Positions 1 to 10,200 of a stretch of DNA of 64,000 bases are shown here, piece by piece. Position 1 is the first letter of the stretch. Every line of letters begins with the position of its first letter. The DNA is from Macrostomum hystrix (lineage: Eukaryota; Animalia; Platyhelminthes): assembly GCA_950097015.1 (NCBI GenBank), contig CATNEN010000001.1, positions 20,832,001-20,896,000 of the forward strand, given 5' to 3'. The notes under the pieces are model-generated. The model ran no database searches. It had not been told where the DNA came from and saw nothing but the letters and a program-made list of their open reading frames with translations. Made by a program: the position numbers and the translations under genes.

Positions 1-164
1 TCCCGCAGCACACTCCACATCAGGCGGCATTTTGTTCGAATTAAGTCAGTTAGACTAAGAAATTTGCCGGATACGGGCGAAATTAGTGAATTCATCCCAG
101 ATAAGCAAAAAGCGAATTTCAGCTTGAAATATGAAAATCATGTAAAGATTTTAAACAACCGCAG

Positions 165-375
165 GCGACCACTGCGACAACATCGACGACTGTGCCAGCC
201 GGCCCTGCATCAACGGGGGCCGTTGTGTGGATGGCAACAGAACGTGAGTTTGCTTTCGTGTTTATTTGATACTGAGAGCTGATATAACACTTTTTCTATT
301 TATTATCTATTCATTTCCAGTTACACCTGCGACTGCTCAGGCTTGGGATTCAGCGGCTCCAGGTGCGAAATCAAC
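165..375 (+). pseudogene. Truncated EGF exons of a further Crumbs-like paralog (5' part lies upstream of window; 3' part cut off by the duplication breakpoint)
   Basis: Exon 165-243 (cgcag|...|gtgag) reads [27 protein letters not shown], a one-EGF-shorter version of exons 6400-6592 and 42895-43087. The next exon starts at 321 (ttccag|) with [18 protein letters not shown] and breaks at ~375, where the sequence switches to the block duplicated at 21456. Confidence 0.75.
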
Positions 376-1099
376 TCAATCAAATCAACCAGGTGCGAGT
401 AAAATATCCCTCCTTCACTTGCTTATATTTCTCCCTTTGGGGACGTAAATGTAACCATTGAAAAGTCAGTATTCCAGATACTTGATCACTCAATTCACTT
501 CTATTTTATACGTTACACTCCAGCCTATTCGGACAGCTCAATCACAGAGCAAATGCTTTAGTTAGGTGTAAATAAATCTATAATTAAAAAAAAATTCATC
601 TATAAAATACGAGTACTGAAAGTTTCATTGCTCTTCATTTTTGCTGTTGTTTTTTATAGATTAAGGCAATATAGGGAGAATTAGATTTTGAGTAAGGATT
701 TCGAACTCGTCTACTTGAATTATTATACTTGAAATTACCTTCTGCCATTCCAGCCTCATGACTTCGCTTGGAAAATACGGAACTCTTTTGCACTGAGCAT
801 AAATCGATAAAAGTGCATCGCTGCAATCGCCACTGATGAGGTCTACTTGCTTTTCAGTTTGATGGTTGCCTTCGCTTCATTTCCAGTTGGTAACGGTGAG
901 TCAGGGCTGCTGCTGTTGCTGATTGTCTCACCTGGAACTGGCCAATGGCTTCCAACAATGGTTTCAAACAATGGGCCATGTCCACGCAGGACATTGGATC
1001 TAAAGTGACGTTTCACTTTCCCTAAAATTCACATCCTAAAAATAAAATTATATTTGCGGGATGTCTGTGGGCAATAGCAATCATTTGGTGACAGTTGAC

Positions 1100-1300
1100 T
1101 CGAAGCCGGTACATGTGCTCTGACGTTTACATTGTTGGGCAGCTTACACACACTGTACCTTGGGTTTTGACAGCTTACTGGTGCGGGACAAGCCCCGAAG
1201 GCTTCTCCCCGCGGCTGCGCTGTAAAAAATGGGGCCTCACTGAGGAATCGAACTCATGGACCATATTGCTAGAGACGGGCACTGACCCCTTTACTTTCCC
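1100..1300 (-). mobile_element. Degenerate tRNA-derived SINE (family A)
   Basis: Shares blocks such as 'acaagccccgaaggcttctccccgcggctgcgc' and 'ggcctcactgaggaatcgaactc' with the minus-strand copy at 57840-58170; boundaries approximate. Confidence 0.6.
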
Positions 1301-1724
1301 CAAACGTCACAACTACCTACTTAATTTCGCGTTCTCCATGTCTGGAAGTGTTAGGTAAAAAGAAAGTTTAGGTTTGTGAAAGTAGGTGATGACAATATAT
1401 GACAGGTGATAACGATATATGAAAGGTGGTATCATTGTGTGGCAAATGTGTGGACATGCGATTTCTTTCGTAGAAGAAGGTGCATGCGAATGTTTGACAT
1501 GCGATTCAAGTCCACTATCGTTTTACTTCTCGCTTTTTGAGTAGTGTGTAGCGCAACGTTTTTATCGTATGATTCACTCGCGGCACAGCACAATGAAACC
1601 GGCGGCGTCTGTCGAAACTGTCGAAACGGCGGCGTCTGCAGACAAGGCAAAAGCTCCGCGTCACTTGCTACAGCGGCTACTTTGGTAATCGAAGTCTTGT
1701 ATGTTATGTTCACCTGGGAAACAC

Positions 1725-3147
1725 TCCTAACTCCCCATCCTCCTCACTTCGCCATCCTCCTCACTCCCCATCCTCCTCACTCGCCATCCTCCTCACTCCC
1801 CATCCTCCTCACTCCGCATCCTCCTCACTCCCCATCCTCCTCACTCCGCATCCTCCTCACTCCCCATCCTCCTCACGCACTATCCTCCTCACTCGCCATC
1901 CTCCTCACTCCCCATCCTCCTCACTCGCCATCCTCCTCACTCGCCATCCTCCTCACTCCGCATCCTCCTCACTCCCCATCCTCCTCACTCGCCATCCTCC
2001 TCACTCCCCATCCTCCTCACTCCCCATCCTCCTCACTCCCCATCCTCCTCACTCCGCATCCTCCTCACTCCCCATCCTCCTCACGCACTATCCTCCTCAC
2101 TCGCCATCCTCCTCACTCCCCATCCTCCTCACTCCCCATCCTCCTCACTCCCCATCCTCCTCACTCCCCATCCTCCTCACTCCCCATCCTCCTCACTCCC
2201 CATCCTCCTCACTCCCCATCTTCCTCACTCCCCATCCTCCTCACTCGCCATCCTCCTCACTCGCCATCCTCCTCACTCGCCATCCTCCTCATTCGGCATC
2301 CTCCTCACTCCCCATCCTCCTCACTCCCCATCCTCCTCACTCCCCATCCTCCTCACTCCCCATCCTCCTCACTCCCCATCCTCCTCACTCCCCATCTTCC
2401 TCACTCCCCATCCTCCTCACTCCCCATCTTCCTCACTCCCCATCCTCCTCACTCCCCATCTTCCTCACTCCCCATCTTCCTCACTCCCCATCCTCCTCAC
2501 TCCCCATCCTCCTCACTCCCCATCCTCCTCACTCCCCATCCTCCTCACTCCCCATCTTCCTCACTCCCCATCTTCCTCACTCCCCATCCTCCTCACTCCC
2601 CATCTTCCTCACTCCCCATCCTCCTCACTCGCCATCCTCCTCACTCCCCATCCTCCTCACTCGCCATCCTCCTCACTCGCCATCCTCCTCACTCGCCATC
2701 CTCCTCATTCGGCATCCTCCTCACTCCCCATCCTCCTCACTCCCCATCCTCCTCACTCCCCATCCTCCTCACTCCCCATCCTCCTCACTCCCCATCCTCC
2801 TCACTCCCCATCTTCCTCACTCCCCATCCTCCTCACTCCCCATCTTCCTCACTCCCCATCCTCCTCACTCCCCATCTTCCTCACTCCCCATCTTCCTCAC
2901 TCCCCATCCTCCTCACTCCCCATCCTCCTCACTCCCCATCCTCCTCACTCCCCATCCTCCTCACTCCCCATCTTCCTCACTCCCCATCCTCCTCACTCCG
3001 CATCCTCCTCACTCGCCATCCTCCTCACTCCCCATCCTCCTCACTCCCCATCTTCCTCACTCCCCATCCTCCTCACTCGCCATCCTCCTCACTCCCCATC
3101 CTCCTCACTCCCCATCCTCCTCACTCCCCATCCTCCTCACTCTCCTC
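1725..3147. repeat. 16-bp minisatellite (ACTCCCCATCCTCCTC)n
   Basis: Direct tandem repeat; produces the spurious 587-aa ORF with 16-aa periodicity (3 x 16 bp). Confidence 0.97.
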
Positions 3148-3469
3148 ACCAAACTGCCAAACCTCCGCCAAACCGTATCCTAATCGACGTATTTTTCCTT
3201 TCAGTGCCTTCTGCTTGTTTAATTTACCAAATACACTTGTTTTGTACTTGAAAATTTCTTTGGTTTCTATCTATGTTGGCTTAATTTATTTGCATTTTTA
3301 CTTTTAGGAAAAAGAGACTTTTAGAAGAACGAAAATAAATTGTCCAATAACAAGCTGAATTACCAGAAGTTCACATAAGATGCAAAAAAGATTTTGTTCT
3401 AGCCAAAGTTAAGGCAATAAGTTTTAGTACATTGTGTACTGCATTTTAATCGCGACTTTTTCATTTCAG

Positions 3470-3572
3470 CAACACTTCCTCTTCTGCTACTGATAGTAAA
3501 CACTGCTGGTTGCTATGATTTTTCTGAAGGCAAGAGTTCTGCACTGCACTCGCCAGCTCTGAGAGAAATAAG
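3470..3572 (+). other. Probable 5'UTR exon of G1 (paralogous exon 23467-23572 for G3)
   Basis: Flanked by tttcag| and |gtgag and conserved in both duplicates. The next acceptor (ttttcag|) is at 4118, upstream of the signal-peptide ATG. Contains a short uORF, MIFLKARVLHCTRQL*. Confidence 0.5.
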
Positions 3573-3589
3573 GTGAGCTGCAAAACCCA

Positions 3590-3957
3590 ACTCTACCCTG
3601 CTCAATTCACCCTCCTGGCCCTATCCACCTGACTCTTCCCTCCTGACTCTACCCTCCTCACTCTACCCTCCTCACTCTATCCTACTCACTCTACCCTCCT
3701 TACCCTACCCTCCTCACTCTACCCTCCTCACTCTACCCTCCTCACTCTAACCTCCTCACTCTACCCTCCTCACTCTCCCTCCTTACTCTACCCTCCTTAC
3801 TCTACCCTCCTCACTCTCCCCTCCTCACTCTACCCTACTCACTCTACCCTACTCACTCTACCCTCCTCACTCTACCCTCCTCATTCTACCCTCCTCATTC
3901 TACCCTCCTTACTCTACCCTCCTTACCCTACCCTCCTCACTCTACCCTCCTCACTCT
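3590..3957 (+). repeat. 14-bp minisatellite (CTCTACCCTCCTCA)n, C-rich on plus strand
   Basis: Direct tandem repeat; reverse complement of the array at 5085-5755. Confidence 0.95.
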
Positions 3958-4207
3958 TTAGACTTGCAGCTTTTTATCTTGAACTTCATCAGCTATTATT
4001 CGAAGTATTAAATTGCTCTAAAATATATTTTCACTCAATTATTAAGTATATTGCTTTTTAAGGCTTTTAAATTAGCTGTTCGAGAAAATACTAAAATTAA
4101 TCGCCCATGATTTTCAGATTTCCCATCGTCTTTGTACAGGCCGCATTAAAAATCGCTAGTTGCTCAGGCAGGCCAGTTGACAGTTGAGTAGTGGACAGTG
4201 AGACCTC

Positions 4208-7200
4208 ATGGCACAAAATAATTCGTTGTATTTCTGGATTTTATTTTGGCTTTTACTGCCTTTGACCACCGCTGTATCATTATCGACTGAGCAGTCATCA
4301 GGTGAGCTCATTAGGCAGGCTTCTCAAGGCGTTGCCAGTTGTCAAGGGTTTCACTGAGATCGGTGAGCATTTTGCCTGGCCTCTCATTTCAGATGTCGAT
4401 GAAGCTGAAGCCACATTGGCGAGGCTGAGGAGAGCCGCCTGCAGTGCTGGCGACTGCCAGAATGGAGGCTTTTGCTGGCCGGGTCCTGTGACTGCGAGTA
4501 CGCCTCCGTGCGTGTGTCCTGAGCCGTACCTTCCCCCCTACTGTGTTGTAGCAAATTCTAATCCAGTTGACTACTGCGCACCCGGACCAGACAACCCCTG
4601 CAAAAACGGAGCCACCTGCAACCGAATCGCCGTCAGTCCCTTCTACAGCTGCAGCTGCGTTCCCGGATTCACAGGTAAACAATCACTTTATTTAGCAAGA
4701 TAAAATTTCTTACCTACCACGAGGTTAAAAATCTATAAAAATGCAAATTAGTAAAATATGTTCATGCTCTTTTTTCATTTCCTTTCAACACAAACACACG
4801 AGCGCATTCGGCAATATAAAAAGCGAAGATTAGAGAAATTCTCTTGGACAAAGTTCCAATGTTAAGACAATTGTTTCTATCGGTTGCAAGAAGGTCCACT
4901 GAGCTTGCTGATTGTACCTATTTATGTGGAAAAGTGTACCTGAAATGGGAACTCATGAGCGAATGGGAAATACAGAAGAATGAAGCTTGTGTTTTGTTGG
5001 TAAAGTGTCAAGTGAAGAGGATTAGAGTTATGAAGCTTATGCTCAGGACTGTTGGGGTGGAGGCTAGAGTGAGGATAATAAACTGAGCAGGAGAGTAGAG
5101 TGAGGAGAGAAGACTAGGGGTGGACTTAGGAGGGTAGTGTGAACGTACTCAGGAGGTAGAGTGAAGGGATAGAGTAGGGAGGGTAAAGTGAGTAGAATTG
5201 AGTAAGGAGGGTAGAGTGAGGAGGGTAGAGTGAGGAGGGTAGAGTGAGGAGGGTAGAGTGGGGAGGGTAGAGTGAGGAGGGTAGATTGAGGAGGGTAGTG
5301 TGGTGAGGGTAGAGTGGGGAGGGTAGAGTAGAGAGGTAGAGTGAGGAGAGTAGAGTGAAGGAGGGTAGAGTTGGGAGGGTAGAGTGAGGAGGGTAGAGTG
5401 GGGAGGGTAGAGTGAGGAGGGTAGGGTTAGGAGGGTAGAGTGGGGAGGGTAGAGTAGAGAGGGTAGAGTGACGAGGGTAGATTGAGGAGGGTAGAGTGAG
5501 CAGGGTAGAGTGAGGAGGGTAGAGTGAGGAGGGTAGAGTGGGGAGGGCAGAGTGAGGAGGGTAGAGTAGGGAGGGTAGAGTAGAGAGGGTAGAGTGGGGA
5601 GGGTAGAGTGAGGAGGGCAGAATGAGGAGGGTAGAGTGGGGAGGGTAGAGTAGAGAGGGTAGAGTGAGGAGCGTAGAGTGGGGAGGGTAGAGTAGAGAGG
5701 GTATAGTGGGGAGGGTAGAGTGAGGAGGGCAGAATGAGGAGGGTAGAGTGGGATCGAGTGGATTCTCAAGTCAGACGTTTCAAAGCCGATAAGAACAGAA
5801 AATGAGGTCATCTTCTGATGCTTAGAATATTGTTGCTTGACGGCAACTACTGCTCAGGCTCTCGTGTGAACTCAGCATACTCCAGTTTAAGTCAAAACTT
5901 TTACTTGCAGCTCCAGCCGAGCTTCTTTCGCCTAACTAACTGTTACGAAGCTCCAATTTTTAACTATGAAGGTAAAGGATCGCAGAGTTTGACATTTAGC
6001 GAAAAATTCACTCGCAAGTTTTTTGAAAAGCGACCACTTGAAAACAAATGATTTTCGCGAGCCACAGAAATTTTTAGCCAGTACATTCTTTGCTAACACT
6101 GGCAAGCATCAGGTATGTTTCACCACAATGGTTATGAAGCAGATTGTCTTGAGTCATAGAAACCATTATAATTAATTCTCTAGCCCGCGCTCATTTTTGA
6201 AATCTATTAAAGATTTTCACGTGTTGGCCCTGCGTCAGTTTTTTCAAACGGCGGCATTTCGCTCGAATTTCGATTGTGAAGTTGATTGAAGAAGTTGCCG
6301 ATAGCACCAGAATGAGCAAAAATATCTAAAAATGTTTCAGTTAGGCAAAAACGATATTTCAAATTGACGCGAAAATGAAAATCTTTTGAACAACCGCAGG
6401 CTTCAGCTGCGAAATCAACATCGACGACTGCGCCAGCCGGCCCTGCATCAATGGCCAGTGCACAGACCTGGTGAACAGCTACAACTGCAGCTGCTACAGC
6501 GGCTGGGAGGGCTCCAACTGCGGCACCAACCATGACGACTGCTTCGCTGGCGCCTGTCTCAACAGAGGTCGTTGTGTGGACGGCAACAAAACGTGAGTTG
6601 CTTTCGTGTTTATTCTAACCTCAAAGAGCTTGCGCATCTTGCTAGCATTCTGATTTTCAGATACACCTGCGACTGCTCAGGGTTGGGATTTAGCGGCTCC
6701 AGGTGCGAAGTCAACATCGATGACTGCGTAGGCAATCCCTGCATAAATGGTCTGTGCTCAGACGGTGTGAAGGACTACAGCTGCAGCTGCTACACAGGCT
6801 GGGAGGGCTTCAACTGCTCAGTTGACACAAACTACTGCCTGCCAATGCCCTGCCAGAATGGAGGCCTGTGCAGCGATGGCAACTCCACGTGAGTGCAAAA
6901 TGGCATCGCTCGCCAGTCATCTGAGAAAGTATATGCACTCGTATATGGCCTACTCTTCACCAGGCGCATTTGTAAGAAGCTCATTTCACTTTGTATCCAT
7001 ATTGATAAAACATCTTAAAAAATAATGACACAGTTCTTTAATTTTTGCACATTGTTTGTCTCATATTCAGGCTCGCAGTTTGTCCTATGTCTCTTGGTTG
7101 CCTTTGAAATTCTTGCTTTTATTCAATATTCCTTTTGGTCATTATGCCCACTTTCCTGATTACCAATTTGGAGATGTACTGTATTGAATGTACAGAAAGT

Positions 7201-10200
7201 ACAGTTCTGAATGCTTCGCAATCACGTTTTTACAGAACAGTGTAAAAGACGGGCAGCCCTCCTGAGTGGGCACTGCCTGTGTTCTGACTTCTGTCCGGTT
7301 CCTAAAATTTATTCTTTCAAAGCGCCTTTGATACGAAAGTGCCATCTTCAAATTAAACCCAAAAGTCCCAAAAATATCTAAATGCTTTCCTCATATCCGG
7401 GGGGTCAGTGGCAGAGCGGTTAACGCTTTTGCCTCTCGCACCAAGGTCCTGATGCGTACTTACTGGCTTCTTTCTGTCAGCAGTTTCCTGGCATTTTGAA
7501 GTGTCTTCCAAGCTCACAATCGTTATTGGATATTTCCATGGCATTCATTATACAAGCAGCATTCTTGTACTAACAGCGAAAAATCATTGCGCATGTGCTG
7601 CGCAATGAAATCTAGCTAGTGTGGTCTCTAACTGGAGCCGCTCCTCCCCTTCCTGCCTACTGAACGTCTACCCGATCTACGAGCTACTAGCACTTGCGGG
7701 TGTGTTTATACTAATCCTACCCTTCACATGCATGCCGTAGTCTGAACTCAAACTTCTAGCTCACCAAGTGACTTACAAAATATTTCTTCTTGTACGAAAC
7801 ATGTTTCAGTTACAACTGCGACTGCTCGCGCATCGACTTCCAAGGCGTCAACTGCAGCTCCAAGATCGACGACTGTCTTGGTAACAATTGTCAGAACGGA
7901 GGCCGCTGCGTTGACGGTGTCAGACGCTACACCTGCGACTGTACAGACACGGGATTCAAAGGTGCCTTCTGCGAGATCAACACAGACGACTGTGCCAGCC
8001 ATCCCTGCATTAATGGTCTGTGCACGGACCTTGTGAAGGACTACAACTGCAGCTGCTACAGAGGCTGGGAGGGCAAGAACTGCTCAGTTGACACAAACTA
8101 CTGTGTGCCATCGCCCTGTCAGAATGGAGGCCTGTGCAGCAGTGATGGCAACTCCACGTGAGTGTTCAATTCAATATTAATACTAAAAAACATTTATAAT
8201 TAATCACAGGATAATTAGACTTTTATTAGTACATTACTCGTATTTGTACTAATAGTCAGCAACTAACAATCAACCCGTGGTTGATGCTGAATAAAAAATG
8301 GTAAAAAATTATAGGAGTCTCTTGTACGAATTAGTCGAAGCCTCTGAATTTTTTGCTCTCTTGCTAAAAGCTGCTTAATTTAGCACAAAGTAATTTAACA
8401 TAAATCACGTTAGAAAAACTTGAGTACATATATAGCAAAAAAAATTAAACAGCTACACCTGCAGCTGCTATGCGGGGTTCGGCGGCAAGAACTGCAGCGT
8501 CAGGCTGACCGGCTGCGACTCCACGCTGTGTCGGAATGGCGCCACCTGCGAGCCGGTTCTCTTAAGGGAGCTGCCGACACCTGAGCACGGACACCTGTGC
8601 ACCTGCACCGCAGGATGGACGGGCCCTCAGTGCAACCTCACAACCCTGGTCTCATTCAACGGCTCCACCAGCTTCAGCGCCCTGCTCAGCATCGCAGCCT
8701 CGAGCAGCTCGGCTGACTGGACCTTCGAGCTCTCATTCTGGAGCAGTCTCACCCAGTTTGATCTGATTCGGCTGTCCTCAGACTCGGGACTCATCCGAGT
8801 CGGTGCTCACAACTCCAGCCTCGTGCTGCTGCTGCTGAATAGCAGCTCATCGTCTGTGATTGGTCAGACCAAGTGGCCAATCAGTGAAAGTTTGGCTGCT
8901 GCTGATTGGCTCACACTGTCAGTCAGCCTGACCAATGGCAGTGCGACACTGACTCGGACGGGGTCGTCAGGAGTGAGGCAGTCTCTCACACAGCTGGTTG
9001 ACGGACTGTCGCACACATTCAAGCGAGGCTCAGTGTCAGTTCGGGTCGGAGGCGACGCAGCATCGACCAGTGGGGGCTTCCGCGGCTGCGTGCGGGATCT
9101 GCGACTCGCGACTTCCAACTTGACATTCATCGCCATGGAGACCACGGTGGAGTCGAGCAACGCGACCTGGGGAGTGTGCAGTCGATCGGTGCAATGCGGC
9201 AGCCCCTCGCCCTGTGAGCTTACGAGCTCGAGGTGCTTGGATGTGTGGAATGACTTTTTGTGCCAGTGCGCAGCGGACTTTGGTGGCCGTAACTGCTCTG
9301 TGCGGCTTCCGTCGTTCTCATTCGGACTGGGTGGAAACGCGTCCTCAGCGAGCTTCGCGTCAGTGCCCGCCGTCTCAAGCGTGTTCGGCGGCGACTCGTG
9401 GATGATCGAGCTGAGGCTGGTGACTCTGTCTCCGGGAGCGTTTCTGATGCTGCTGGGCGACCCGAGCGACTCGGCGACCACTCCGCGACTGCTCGTCACG
9501 GTGAGTGAGGACTGAACAATGTTTGTGTTTTCTAGCAGATCAGATTTCCGTACAATGCCTCGTTGTCCTTCCTCAGATTGATTCCACTGGATGTCTGTCT
9601 GCCCAGATTCTGCTTAGCGACGGTCTTCTGGTCGCAACGCTGACGTCCTCGGACTCTGTGGCTACTGGGAACTTTGTCTCTGTGAAGATCTACTTGTCTA
9701 TTTCAAATCGCGTGTTGTCGCTGACAGTTGAGTCGGCTGTAAAGTCAGCATCGCTGAGCAGTTTGAGTCCTCTGTCGCAGCCGTCGGGTCAGCTGATCGT
9801 CGGTGGCTTCAACGGAGCACCGTCAGCCAGGTGGGGCAGATCGAAACGATCTGTGTCGGTCCTGCCAGCCAGCGTGGCCTCCGCTCTGCCCGCCGGTACG
9901 ACTGCATTCTTTGGCCTGCTCGCTGCTCTTCGAATAAACGGTGACCAGCCTCTGATTTCGGGTCCCGTATCAGCCAGCTCGCTCAGCAGCCTCACAGGTG
10001 CCATACCTGCCACTTATTCTTCTGGAGTTACCTTAGCAACGCTGGAGAACAATGCTTGCGCTGTTTATGAGCCTTGCAAGAACGGGGCCACCTGCTCAAA
10101 CGTGTTTCTCAACTCGTACTCGTAAGAGTTCTCCGATATTTCATTGAGTGTTTCTGTGATCAAAATGAATGTTCCACAAAGAGCGAATTTCGAATCCAGC

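Larger units (their letters stand above)
397..8164 (+). repeat. Segmental duplication copy A (upstream region plus first five coding exons of G1)
   Basis: Near-identical to 21456-33360 from 'gagtaaaatatccctcc' through the donor after the DGNST exon, introns included. The main differences are minisatellite lengths and one replaced intron segment (~7160-7450). Confidence 0.92.

Noticed and set aside
1544-3307. 587-aa Pro/His/Ser-rich ORF
   Set aside because: It is the translation of a stop-free 16-bp minisatellite; the paralogous array is about a quarter of the length and has no such ORF.
5149-5811. Extensin-like minus-strand ORFs (also 30103-31191)
   Set aside because: Translations of the 14-bp minisatellite inside introns.
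8864-9499. Long antisense ORFs over LamG exons (also 44712-45350, 54714-55262)
   Set aside because: Shadow frames of GC-rich coding exons; no independent signals.
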